From assembly GCA_038060895.1 (NCBI GenBank), contig JBBTCT010000029.1:1-64000 (forward strand): a DNA stretch of 64,000 nucleotides, written 5' to 3'. The translations under genes were made by a program, and so were the position numbers. A model generated the notes under the pieces. The model was given only the letters and a program-made list of their open reading frames with translations, was not told where the DNA came from and searched no databases. Origin of the DNA: Planctomycetota bacterium (GTDB lineage Bacteria; Planctomycetota; MHYJ01; WSZJ01). This document shows positions 8,748-17,516 of the stretch, piece after piece (positions within the stretch are counted from its first letter, which is position 1; the number at the start of each line of letters is the position of its first letter).

Positions 8748-10157
8748 ATGAACGCCGAACTCGCGTACGTGTTCCGCCACGCGCTCCTGCGCGACGCCGC
8801 GTACCAGCTCCAGCTCCCGGGCGACCGGGGTCGGTTGCACAAGCTGGCGTTCTCAGTCATCGAGGAACTGGTCGGCGGACGCCCGGCGGAGATCTCTCCC
8901 GCGTTCGCCGACGACCCGGGGACCGCGCGGCCGCACGCGGCGGATCCGTTCGCAGAGGAGCTTGCGGAACACCTCCGGTTCGCGGGCGAAGGCGAAGCGG
9001 AGAATTCAGCTCTTCGAGCCCTTTACCTGGACCGCGCGGGAAGGCACTCGGAGAGAAGCTACCAGACGCGATCCGCAGAGCGCCTGTGGATCGCGCTCTC
9101 GGACCTGGCCCAGGGCGCACGAAAGGCAGAGGCTCTTCGAAAGGCCGGCATCTGCGCGCAGCGCACGGGGCGAATGAAACCGGCCGAGGAGTTCTTCGAG
9201 CAGTCGCTGGCAATCCTCCATGACTCCGGTGACCGCCGCGCGCGGGCCCTCGTGCAGGGCCAGCTCGCCGTGCTGTGCAGCCTGACCGGCCGCTCAGAGG
9301 CGGCAGAGCGAAACGCGAAGGAGGCGTTCCTCCTTGCCCGCGCGGAAGGCGCGCGCTCGCAGGAGGCACTTCTGCTGAGCAACCTGGGCAACCTCTTCCG
9401 CGACCTGGGGCGCATGAAGGAAGCAGAGCAATCGCTCGTGGAGGCGCTGTTCCTGCTTCGGGCTGAAGGGAACCGGCGCGCGGAGGGAATCACGCTTTCA
9501 AACCTGGCTGGCGTGTTCCTTCAGACGGGTCGAACGGAATCGGCGGAGCGGACCCTCGCGGACGCCCTGGCGATCCATCGCTCTGTCTCGAATCGGGCAT
9601 CCGAGGGAGTCACCCTCGGAAACCTGGCCATGACGCACTTCCAGTCCGGCCGGACGGAACTTGCCGAGCGGTGCCTGCGCGAGGCCATCGACATCCATCG
9701 TGAAGTCGGGAATCGGCGCTACGAGGGCCACGCGCTCGGTGATCTCGCGGGTCTGTTCACCGAGACCTCGCGCATCGAGCAGGCCGCGGCGCTGTACGCC
9801 GACGCGCTCATGATCGACAGGGACGTCGGGAATCGCAGATCGGAAGGGATTGCGATGGCGGGGCTCGCGATTCTCTACCGCATCACCGGCCGCCTGGCGA
9901 TGGCCCGACAAACCATGAAGGAGGCGCTCGCCATCCACCAGGAGGCGGGGGACCGTCATTCCGGGGCGCTGAATCGGTGCGAGTACGCGCTGATCCTGGT
10001 TCCCCTCGGCCTTGCGGAAGAGGCCCGCGAAGCGTGGAGGGAGGGTCTCGCCGCCCTCAGGGGTTTCGGAGACACCGCTTCCCTCGGAAAGCTAGAGGCG
10101 GCCATGGCCGACGCTTGCACGAAGGTCGGCATTCCCAGCCTGAGCCCGCGAGGGTGA
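8748..10157 (+). CDS. Tetratricopeptide repeat protein
   Basis: About 40-aa repeats (ALAIHREVGNRRxEGxxLxNLA); begins with YVFRHALLRDAAY. Confidence 0.85.
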   Translation: MNAELAYVFRHALLRDAAYQLQLPGDRGRLHKLAFSVIEELVGGRPAEISPAFADDPGTARPHAADPFAEELAEHLRFAGEGEAENSALRALYLDRAGRHSERSYQTRSAERLWIALSDLAQGARKAEALRKAGICAQRTGRMKPAEEFFEQSLAILHDSGDRRARALVQGQLAVLCSLTGRSEAAERNAKEAFLLARAEGARSQEALLLSNLGNLFRDLGRMKEAEQSLVEALFLLRAEGNRRAEGITLSNLAGVFLQTGRTESAERTLADALAIHRSVSNRASEGVTLGNLAMTHFQSGRTELAERCLREAIDIHREVGNRRYEGHALGDLAGLFTETSRIEQAAALYADALMIDRDVGNRRSEGIAMAGLAILYRITGRLAMARQTMKEALAIHQEAGDRHSGALNRCEYALILVPLGLAEEAREAWREGLAALRGFGDTASLGKLEAAMADACTKVGIPSLSPRG

Positions 10158-10198
10158 ATCGCCCGAAGGCGTGCGACGCAGGGCGATTCACCCTCGCG
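10147..10198. terminator. 18-bp perfect inverted repeat (terminator or REP-like)
   Basis: CGCGAGGGTGAATCGCCC ... GGGCGATTCACCCTCGCG at the end of the TPR gene. Confidence 0.6.
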
Positions 10199-10205
10199 TT
10201 CTCAG

Positions 10206-10233
10206 TTGACATCGAATCGTTCATCCGTACAAT
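10206..10233 (+). promoter_or_regulatory. Sigma70-type promoter of the S10 operon
   Basis: TTGACA-16 nt-TACAAT about 40 nt upstream of rpsJ. Confidence 0.75.
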
Positions 10234-10275
10234 GCCCGCCCCTCAAGAACGCCTACCAAGGACGGAAGGAAGACG

Positions 10276-10602
10276 ATGAAAGGCCAGAAGATCCGGATTC
10301 GTATCGAAGGTTACGACCACCAGGTGATCGATCAGTCCGTCACCGAGATCGTCGATACGGCGAAAAAGACGGGCGCCAAAGTCGTCGGGCCGATCCCGAT
10401 TCCGACGCGAATCGAGCGCTACACCGTGCTTCGCTCGCCCCACGTCGACAAGAAGTCCCGCGAGCAGTTCGAGATCCGGACCCACAAGCGCGTCATCGAC
10501 ATCAGCGAACCGACCGGCAAGACGATCGACGCGCTCAAGAATCTCAATAACCTCCCGGCAGGCGTCAACATCCGGGTGAAGGTCCTGACGGAAAAGTCCT
10601 AG
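10276..10602 (+). CDS. rpsJ: 30S ribosomal protein S10
   Basis: [36 protein letters not shown]. Confidence 0.98.
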   Translation: MKGQKIRIRIEGYDHQVIDQSVTEIVDTAKKTGAKVVGPIPIPTRIERYTVLRSPHVDKKSREQFEIRTHKRVIDISEPTGKTIDALKNLNNLPAGVNIRVKVLTEKS

Positions 10603-10748
10603 TTCCACCGACAGTCCATTGACACTTCAACGACGGTCTTTTCCCCCGCCGCATCCGTGAGCCGAGTGCTCCGCCGGACGCCCGCGGGGAATCGTTCCTG
10701 TTGCTGTGTCCCCCGCGGGGGGGAGTGTCCCCGCAGAGGAGGATTGAC

Positions 10749-11465
10749 ATGCTCCAGGGCATTCTCGGGCGCAAGCTCGGCATGACCCAGGTCTTCGATG
10801 ACCAGGGACGCTGGGTCGGCGTCACGGTGATCGAAGCCGGTCCCTGTCCCGTCACCCAGGTCAAGACGGTGAAGACCGACGGGTACAACGCGGTCCAGCT
10901 GGGGTTTGCGAAGCGCAAGCGCGTGACGAAGGCGGTCGCGGGGCATCTCGCGAAGTCCGGCGTCAAGGACCCCGTGCATTACATCCGCGAGTTCCGTCTG
11001 CACGCGGAGCCGACGCAGAAGGCTGGCGACTCGGTGACGCTCAAGATTCTCGACGGGATCAAGAAGGTGGACGTGATCGGCATCACGAAGGGCAAAGGGT
11101 TCCAGGGCGTCATCAAGCGCTGGCACAAGAACTGCGGCCCCAAGACGCACGGCTCGATGTTCCAGCGGATGGTCGGGTCGGCTTCGGCGGCCGAGGATCC
11201 GGGACACATCCGTCCCGGCACGATGCGTCCTGGTCACATGGGCATGGACCGCTTCACGCAGAAAAACCTCGTCATCGTCAAGTGCGACGAAGCGCGCAAT
11301 CTGCTTCTCGTGCGCGGCGCGATCCCTGGGCCGAACGGCAATTTCGTGATCATCGAGAAATCGGTCAATCAGCACGTGCCGATCACGCTGGCGCCGGAAA
11401 AGAAGGACCCGAAGGCTTCAAAGGACCCGAAGAAGGCGCTCGCGAAAGTCGCGGCCGCCAAGTAA
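10749..11465 (+). CDS. rplC: 50S ribosomal protein L3
   Basis: GILGRKLGMTQVF, DGYNAVQLG, KGKGFQGVIKRW; GAGGAGG RBS before ATG 10749. Confidence 0.97.
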   Translation: MLQGILGRKLGMTQVFDDQGRWVGVTVIEAGPCPVTQVKTVKTDGYNAVQLGFAKRKRVTKAVAGHLAKSGVKDPVHYIREFRLHAEPTQKAGDSVTLKILDGIKKVDVIGITKGKGFQGVIKRWHKNCGPKTHGSMFQRMVGSASAAEDPGHIRPGTMRPGHMGMDRFTQKNLVIVKCDEARNLLLVRGAIPGPNGNFVIIEKSVNQHVPITLAPEKKDPKASKDPKKALAKVAAAK

Positions 11466-11466
11466 G

Positions 11467-11516
11467 TGGTGAGCGAGCTTCGATTCTGCGAGAGCAGAAT
11501 CGAGCGAGTCGAACCA
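11467..11516 (+). repeat. REP-like element TGAGCGAGC-hairpin-GAGTCGAA, copy 1
   Basis: Shares flanking motifs with the elements at 12778 and 57548. Confidence 0.65.
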
Positions 11517-11531
11517 TAAGGAGTGGTTGAA

Positions 11532-12464
11532 ATGCTGGAAGTACCCGTTTTCGACGTCGCCGGGAAGAAGCTGGGCGCGGAAAAGGTCGACCCCCTGTGG
11601 TTCGGGGGGATCGTCCGCCGCCGGCTCATCCACGACGCCACGATCATTTATCAGAACAACCAGCGCGCCGGGACCCACAAGGTCAAGGAGCGCGGCGAGG
11701 TCGCAGGCTCGAAGAAGAAACCGTGGAAGCAGAAGCACACGGGACGGGCGCGCGTCGGCACGAAGCGGAGCCCGATCTGGCGGCACGGCGGCATCGTGTT
11801 CGGGCCGCACCCGCGGGATTACTCGGCGTCGTTGCCGAAGCAGATGAAGCGCGCCGCGCTGGACAGCGCGCTGCTGTCGAAGTTCCAGGACGGCGAAGCG
11901 GTGCTGGTGGACTCGCTGAAGCTGGAGAAGCCGAAGACCTCAACGGTCGCGGGCGCGCTCGAGGCCATGGGAATCAAGGAGTCGTGCCTGATCTCGATTG
12001 AGCAGGCGGACGCCGCCGGACGGAACGTTTACCTGAGCGCGCGGAATCTTCAGCGCGTGCACTCGCTTCCGGTCGCCGACCTCAACGCGCTGGACGTCCT
12101 GAGGTACAAGCGCCTCCTCCTGACGAAGGACGCGTTTACGGCGCTCGTCAAGAACCGCCGGGACGGAGTCGACCTGCCGGTGCCGAAGTCGAAGCAGCCT
12201 GCCGCCATTGAATACACCCATCCCAACCGGAAAGAGCGCGGCAAGCCCGCCGAACTGGCGAAGGCGGAGAAGGACGCGCGCCTGAAGGCCCTGGCCGCGA
12301 AGGCGGCGAAGGCTGCCGCAGCGAAGGCCGCCAGGCCGAAGAAGGCGAAAGTAGTCGCGCCCGCGCCGGAAGCCAAGGGTGAGGCGAAACCCCAGGCCGC
12401 TCCGGCGCCCAAGGGCGATCCGAAACCGAAAGGCGAGCCGAAGCCGCCCAGGGAGAAGACCTAA
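11532..12464 (+). CDS. rplD: 50S ribosomal protein L4 with a long K/A/P-rich C-terminal tail
   Basis: RAGTHKVKERGEV, KPWKQKHTGRAR, SPIWRHGGIVFGP; AAGGAG RBS 8 nt before ATG 11532. Confidence 0.97.
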   Translation: MLEVPVFDVAGKKLGAEKVDPLWFGGIVRRRLIHDATIIYQNNQRAGTHKVKERGEVAGSKKKPWKQKHTGRARVGTKRSPIWRHGGIVFGPHPRDYSASLPKQMKRAALDSALLSKFQDGEAVLVDSLKLEKPKTSTVAGALEAMGIKESCLISIEQADAAGRNVYLSARNLQRVHSLPVADLNALDVLRYKRLLLTKDAFTALVKNRRDGVDLPVPKSKQPAAIEYTHPNRKERGKPAELAKAEKDARLKALAAKAAKAAAAKAARPKKAKVVAPAPEAKGEAKPQAAPAPKGDPKPKGEPKPPREKT

Positions 12465-12752
12465 ATGCGCGAACCCCGCACCATCGTCGTCGAGCCGCTT
12501 CAGACGGAAAAGTCCATGGGGTCCATGGGCCGCAACCGGGCTTACTCCTTCGTCGTCCGCAAGGACGCTAACAAGATCGAGATCCGCAACGCCATCCAGA
12601 GCATTTACAACGGCGTCAAGGTCAGTCACGTGCGCACGATGCTGGTGAAGGGCAAATCGCGCCGGTTCAAGGCCCGGCTGGGGTACCAGAACGACTGGAA
12701 GAAGGCCATCGTCACGCTGAAGGAAGAATCGAAGCCGATCGAAGGGTTCTAA
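12465..12752 (+). CDS. rplW: 50S ribosomal protein L23
   Basis: PLQTEKS, ANKIEIRNAI, WKKAIVTL. Confidence 0.96.
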   Translation: MREPRTIVVEPLQTEKSMGSMGRNRAYSFVVRKDANKIEIRNAIQSIYNGVKVSHVRTMLVKGKSRRFKARLGYQNDWKKAIVTLKEESKPIEGF

Positions 12753-12805
12753 GCCGAGCCGGAATCGGCTCGGCTTGTCCTGAGCGAGCGAAACGAGTCG
12801 AAGGA
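12751..12805 (+). repeat. Hairpin (12751-12776) plus REP-like element copy 2 (12778-12805)
   Basis: AAGCCGAGCCG-GAAT-CGGCTCGGCTT, then TCC-TGAGCGAGC-GAAAC-GAGTCGAA-GGA. Confidence 0.65.
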
Positions 12806-12861
12806 TGAGGCAGGGCACGAGACGGTAGAGCACTGGAACAGGTTCAGAGGAAGGAAGAGCC

Positions 12862-13707
12862 ATGGGTCTGCGAGCCTACAAGCCGACAAGCGCCGGTCGC
12901 CGATTTGCGACGACCAGCGACTTCAAGGATCTCACCGCGAAGAAGCCGCACAAGCCGCTGCTTGAGGCACTTCGCAAGACCGGCGGCCGCAATAACAGCG
13001 GCTCCATCACCTGCTGGCACCACGGCGGCGGGAACAAGAAGATGTACCGGGTCATCGACTGGAAGCGGGCGAAGCTGGAGATTCCCGCGAAGGTCGAGGA
13101 GATCGAGTACGACCCGAACCGGAACGTCCGCATCGCGCGCCTCCTGTACAAGGACGGCGAGCGGCGGTACATCGTGGCGCCCAAGGACCTCAAGAAAGGC
13201 GAGATCCTGATCGCCGGCGAGAAGCCGGATCCGAAGCCCGGAAACAACATGCCGCTTCGCAGCGTGCCGCTGGGGCATCTCATCCACTGCGTCGAGCTGA
13301 TCCCGGGACGCGGGGCGCAGATCGTGCGCTCGGCCGGATGCTTCGCGCAGGTCATGGCCAAGGAAGGCAACTACGCCCACCTTCAGTTCCCTTCGGGCGA
13401 AATGCGGATGATCCCGCTCGCGTGCCGCGCGACGATCGGCCAGCTCGGCAATATCGAGGCCGGCTCGATCTGGCTTGGCAAGGCGGGGCGGAAGCGGTGG
13501 CTCGGCGTCAGGCCGACGAACCGTGGGACTTCGCAGAACCCGGTTTCGCACCCGATGGGCGGAGGCGAAGGCAGGTCGGGCGGCGGCCGTCATCCCTGTT
13601 CACCGTGGGGCAAGCTCGCCAAGGGCGGCAAGACGCGCAAGAAGAGGAAGAACTCGTCCAAATTCATCATCCGCGGCCGCAAGAAGGGCCGCTTCCAGCA
13701 GACGTAA
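12862..13707 (+). CDS. rplB: 50S ribosomal protein L2
   Basis: GGRNNSG, IEYDPNR, GKAGRKRWLGVRP, HPMGGGEG. Confidence 0.98.
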   Translation: MGLRAYKPTSAGRRFATTSDFKDLTAKKPHKPLLEALRKTGGRNNSGSITCWHHGGGNKKMYRVIDWKRAKLEIPAKVEEIEYDPNRNVRIARLLYKDGERRYIVAPKDLKKGEILIAGEKPDPKPGNNMPLRSVPLGHLIHCVELIPGRGAQIVRSAGCFAQVMAKEGNYAHLQFPSGEMRMIPLACRATIGQLGNIEAGSIWLGKAGRKRWLGVRPTNRGTSQNPVSHPMGGGEGRSGGGRHPCSPWGKLAKGGKTRKKRKNSSKFIIRGRKKGRFQQT

Positions 13708-13716
13708 GGAGAGACG

Positions 13717-14055
13717 ATGAGCCGTTCGATGAAGAAGGGCCCGTTTGTGGACGGGAAGCTTCTCGAAAAAGTCGAGAAGCAGAAGAAGAAGGGCGACAAG
13801 GACCCGATCAAGACCTGGGCGCGCCGCTGCACGATCGTGCCCGAGTTCATCGGCCACAACTTCCTCGTCCACAACGGCAAGATGCACATGAAGCTGTACG
13901 TCACGGAGGACATGGTCGGGCACAAGCTCGGCGAGTTCGCCGCGACGCGCACGTTCCGTGGCCACAGCGGGACGAAGGCCAAGGACATCAAGACCACGGG
14001 CCCGGCAGGCGGCGCCGCACCCGCACCGGCAGCCGGCGGCGAGAAGAAAGGCTAG
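13717..14055 (+). CDS. rpsS: 30S ribosomal protein S19
   Basis: [26 protein letters not shown]. Confidence 0.98.
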   Translation: MSRSMKKGPFVDGKLLEKVEKQKKKGDKDPIKTWARRCTIVPEFIGHNFLVHNGKMHMKLYVTEDMVGHKLGEFAATRTFRGHSGTKAKDIKTTGPAGGAAPAPAAGGEKKG

Positions 14056-14063
14056 GCTGAACC

Positions 14064-14705
14064 ATGGCTGAGACGACGACCCTTCCAGAACAGCGCTTCA
14101 GCGCCCGGCTCCGCCACGCGCGGATCAGTCCGCAGAAGCTGCGGTACGTGGCGACGGTCATCCGCGGGCAGAACGTGAACGCGGCGCTGGAGATCCTGCA
14201 GGCCACGAACCGCCGAGGCGCGCGCTTCCTGCACAAGCTCCTCAAGAGCGCGATCGCGAACGCGGAATCGATCACGAGCGACCGGAACCTGGACATCGAC
14301 GTGGAGGAACTGCGCGTCGAGACGCTGATGATCGATGGCGGGACCCCGCTGAAGCGCTGGCGGACGGCGCCGCAGGGGCGCGCGGTGCCGGTTCTGAAGC
14401 GGACGAGCCACATCACGCTGGTGCTTGGGCCCCAGCCGGAGGATCCGAAGGCGAAACGGGCTGTGAAGGGCGCGAAGGCGGCGAAGCCCGAGAAGGCCGA
14501 CGCGGGGCATGCGAAGGAGCATTCGCACGACCACGCGCACGACCAGCCGAAGGGGAAAGAAGGTCAGGCGAAGGAGAAGGGGCACGAGCATCCCGAGGGG
14601 CACCACCAGCATCACGAGCACCAGCACCGGCACGAACCCGATCACAAGCACGGCGGCCAGCACGAAAAGGGTCACAAGCCGCCGCCTGACAAGAAGAAGG
14701 GATAG
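14064..14705 (+). CDS. rplV: 50S ribosomal protein L22 with a His-rich C-terminal extension
   Basis: RISPQKLRYVATVIRG, KLLKSAIANA, KRTSHIT. Confidence 0.96.
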   Translation: MAETTTLPEQRFSARLRHARISPQKLRYVATVIRGQNVNAALEILQATNRRGARFLHKLLKSAIANAESITSDRNLDIDVEELRVETLMIDGGTPLKRWRTAPQGRAVPVLKRTSHITLVLGPQPEDPKAKRAVKGAKAAKPEKADAGHAKEHSHDHAHDQPKGKEGQAKEKGHEHPEGHHQHHEHQHRHEPDHKHGGQHEKGHKPPPDKKKG

Positions 14706-14711
14706 TCGACC

Positions 14712-15650
14712 ATGGGTCAGAAGATCAACCCGATCGGTTTCCGCCTCGGCATCACCGAGGAATGGCGCAGCCGCTGGTTCGCGACCAAGAAGGAATTCGG
14801 CAAGTTCCTGGTCGAGGACCAGAAACTGCGGCGCTTCATCAAGAAAAACTACGCCTTCGCGCAGATCCCGAAGATCGAGATTGAGCGGACGCGCGAAACG
14901 ACGACCGTGATCGTGCACGCGGGGAGCCCGGGTGTGATCATCGGGCGGCGCGGCGCGAAGGTTGAGGAGTTGACGGCGCAGCTGGAGAAGCTGGTCGCGC
15001 ACAAGGTTGACCTGAAGATCAAGGAGATCGACACGCCCGAGCTGTCGGCGACGCTCGTTGCGGAGCAGATTGCAGAGCAGCTGCAGAAGCGCGCGCCGTT
15101 CCGGCGTGCGATGCGCAAGGCGGCGGAACTGACGCTGAAGGCGGGGGCGCGCGGGATCAAGATCACCGTTGCCGGCCGCGTCGGCGGCGCTGAAATCGCG
15201 CGGTCCGAGACGCTTTCGCTCGGCAGCGTGCCGTTGCATACGCTTCGCGCCATTCTCGACTACGGTCGTGCGACGGCCGTGCACTCGAAGGGAACGATCG
15301 GGGTGAAGACGTGGATCTACAAGGGCGAACTGCTTCCGGACGCGAAGAAGCGGACGGGGTTGCAGGCGCCTGCGCCGGTCAAGCCGCCGCGTCCGATGGC
15401 TCCGCGGCCGATGGGTGGCCCGGATCGCGGATCGGATCGCGGTCCTGGCGGTCCTCGTGGTCCCGGCGGTCCCCGCGGCCCCGGTGGTCCTCGTGGTCCC
15501 GGCGGCCCTCGTGGTCCTGGTGGTCCCCGTCCCAGCGGTCCCGGAGGCCCTCGGCCCTTCACGCCGCGTCCGCCTGGCCCGCCTCCGTCTGCGCCTCCGC
15601 CGTCCGCGCCGCCGGCTGCTCCTCCGGCTGCTCCGCCAAAACCCTCGTAA
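14712..15650 (+). CDS. rpsC: 30S ribosomal protein S3 with a GPGGPR/Pro-rich tail
   Basis: [42 protein letters not shown]. Confidence 0.98.
   Translation: MGQKINPIGFRLGITEEWRSRWFATKKEFGKFLVEDQKLRRFIKKNYAFAQIPKIEIERTRETTTVIVHAGSPGVIIGRRGAKVEELTAQLEKLVAHKVDLKIKEIDTPELSATLVAEQIAEQLQKRAPFRRAMRKAAELTLKAGARGIKITVAGRVGGAEIARSETLSLGSVPLHTLRAILDYGRATAVHSKGTIGVKTWIYKGELLPDAKKRTGLQAPAPVKPPRPMAPRPMGGPDRGSDRGPGGPRGPGGPRGPGGPRGPGGPRGPGGPRPSGPGGPRPFTPRPPGPPPSAPPPSAPPAAPPAAPPKPS
15441..15530 (+). repeat. Five tandem 18-bp coding repeats (GPGGPR)
   Basis: GGTCC(T/C)GG(C/T)GG(T/C)CC(T/C)CG(T/C)-type units with synonymous variation. Confidence 0.9.
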
Positions 15651-15696
15651 GCACGCAGCGCCTCGCGCGCTGCCGACCCGTTAAAGGAAACGTCTC

Positions 15697-16116
15697 ATGC
15701 AGTTGATGCCCAGCCGGATCAAGTTCCGCAAATCGCAGCGAGGCCGCATCAAGGGCAACGCGACGCGCGGCACTTACGTTGCGTTCGGCGAGTACGGCCT
15801 GCAGGCGCTCGAGGAGTGCTGGCTCGCCGCCCGCGTCATCGAGGCCGGCCGCATGGCCGCCGCCCACCACATCGGCAAGAACGGCCGCCTGTGGATCCGC
15901 GTCTTCCCGCACAAGCCGATCTCCAAGAAGCCGCTCGAAACCCGTATGGGCAAGGGAAAGGGCGAGCCTGAGTTTTACGCCGCCGTCATCCGTCCCGGCC
16001 AGGTCCTCTACGAGCTCTCCGGGCTGAATGACACCGAGGCCCGCGCAGTCTTCAACATCATCGCCCACAAAATGCCGATCAGAACCCGCCTGATCCGCAG
16101 GAGGCACGGCCTGTGA
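15697..16116 (+). CDS. rplP: 50S ribosomal protein L16
   Basis: KFRKSQRGR, WIRVFPHKP, RMGKGKG. Confidence 0.98.
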   Translation: MQLMPSRIKFRKSQRGRIKGNATRGTYVAFGEYGLQALEECWLAARVIEAGRMAAAHHIGKNGRLWIRVFPHKPISKKPLETRMGKGKGEPEFYAAVIRPGQVLYELSGLNDTEARAVFNIIAHKMPIRTRLIRRRHGL

Positions 16117-16445
16117 AAATCGCAGAAATCCGCCAGAAATCGACCGACGAGCTCAAGACCCAGATCAAGAAGATCTACGAAGAACACTTCAGCCTGCGCT
16201 TCCGCCGCGTCACCGACGTCATTGAGAATCCGCAGGCTCTTCGCGAGCTCCGCCGCGACCTTGCGCGCATCCACACCGTCGTCCGGCAGAGGGAGATGGA
16301 CGACTCGAAGAAGGCGCCCGCAAAGCCGGCCGCCGTTGCCAAGGCGCCGGAACCGGCGAAGGAGCCGGCCAAGGCGGCGGTGAAAAAGCCGGCGAAAACG
16401 AAGGAAAAGAAGGTTGTGGCCAAGGCGGCGAAGAAGGGCAAATAG
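16113..16445 (+). CDS. rpmC: 50S ribosomal protein L29 with a K/A/P-rich tail
   Basis: LRF...ENPQALRELRRDLARIHTV; GTGA overlap with rplP. Confidence 0.93.
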   Translation: MKIAEIRQKSTDELKTQIKKIYEEHFSLRFRRVTDVIENPQALRELRRDLARIHTVVRQREMDDSKKAPAKPAAVAKAPEPAKEPAKAAVKKPAKTKEKKVVAKAAKKGK

Positions 16446-16466
16446 AGGCCGAGGGGGAGTGGGGGT

Positions 16467-16928
16467 GTGATGAAGAAAGAATCGAAAAAGGCCGTGAACG
16501 GGAAAGAACGCAAGCCTGAACCCGAGAAGCCCGTCGTGAAGTCGCCCTTCTCAAAGTCCGAACTTGAGACGTTCCGCCACTGGCTGCTCGAACGGCGTGC
16601 CTCCGTGGGAGGAAACGTCACCAAGATGGAAGACGAGGCCCTCCGCCGCTCGCGACAGGACGCCAGCGGCGACCTGTCCAGCATGCCGATTCACATGGCG
16701 GACATGGGAAGCGATACCTTCGAGCAGGATTTCACGCTCGGCCTGATTGAGAACGAGGAACTGGAACTGGGCGCAATTGAGGAGGCGCTGCAGCGGATCG
16801 AGGAGGGGGTCTTCGGGGTCTGCGAAGAGTGCTCGAAACTCATCCCGAAGGAACGCATGAAGGCGATTCCGCACGCGGCTTTGTGCCTCGAGTGCAAGAA
16901 GAAGGAAGAAGGGGAGTCGGGCGGGTAG
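16467..16928 (+). CDS. TraR/DksA family C4 zinc-finger regulator
   Basis: HMADMGSD coiled-coil tip; CEEC...ERMKAIP...CLEC. Confidence 0.92.
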   Translation: MMKKESKKAVNGKERKPEPEKPVVKSPFSKSELETFRHWLLERRASVGGNVTKMEDEALRRSRQDASGDLSSMPIHMADMGSDTFEQDFTLGLIENEELELGAIEEALQRIEEGVFGVCEECSKLIPKERMKAIPHAALCLECKKKEEGESGG

Positions 16929-16944
16929 CGGCCCGAGGCACACA

Positions 16945-17514
16945 ATGCCCGAACCTGTCGAACAACCCGGCGCGGCGAAGAATCTTCGGCGCGCCGTCTT
17001 TTTTGCCGTCGTGGCGCTCGCGGCGATTCTCGACCTGTGGTCCAAATCCTACGCGTTCGAGAAGCTCGGCCCCCCGGGGCGGGGAAAGCACTTCGATGTG
17101 ATGCCGGGCCTGCGATGGGAAACGGCTGAGAACAAGGGCGTCGCGTGGGGCATGCTCTCGGACAGAAACGCCCGCTGGTTCATCGCGTCGCTGTCGATCC
17201 TCGCACTTCCGCTCATCGTGGGTAGTTTCCTGCGTGCGAAGGCGCCGACCTGGCCCTTTACGCTCGCCCTGTCTTTCATCGCCGGAGGCACGATCGGCAA
17301 TCTCTACGACCGGATCGCCACCGGCGCCGTGCGCGATTTCATTTTCGTCCACTGCATCAATTTCCCGGTCTTCAACGTGGCGGACTCCTTCATCTGCGTC
17401 GGCGCCACACTGTTCGCACTGGAACACTTCATCGTCGGCGAAAAAACGAAAGAAGAGCCCGCCCAACCTGCCACCGCCCAGGAACCGAATCCCCCTGCGC
17501 CGGCCGGTAAGTGA
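16945..17514 (+). CDS. lspA: Lipoprotein signal peptidase II
   Basis: NKGVAWG, GGTIGNLYDR, VRDFI, FNVADSFI. Confidence 0.93.
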   Translation: MPEPVEQPGAAKNLRRAVFFAVVALAAILDLWSKSYAFEKLGPPGRGKHFDVMPGLRWETAENKGVAWGMLSDRNARWFIASLSILALPLIVGSFLRAKAPTWPFTLALSFIAGGTIGNLYDRIATGAVRDFIFVHCINFPVFNVADSFICVGATLFALEHFIVGEKTKEEPAQPATAQEPNPPAPAGK

Positions 17515-17516
17515 AG

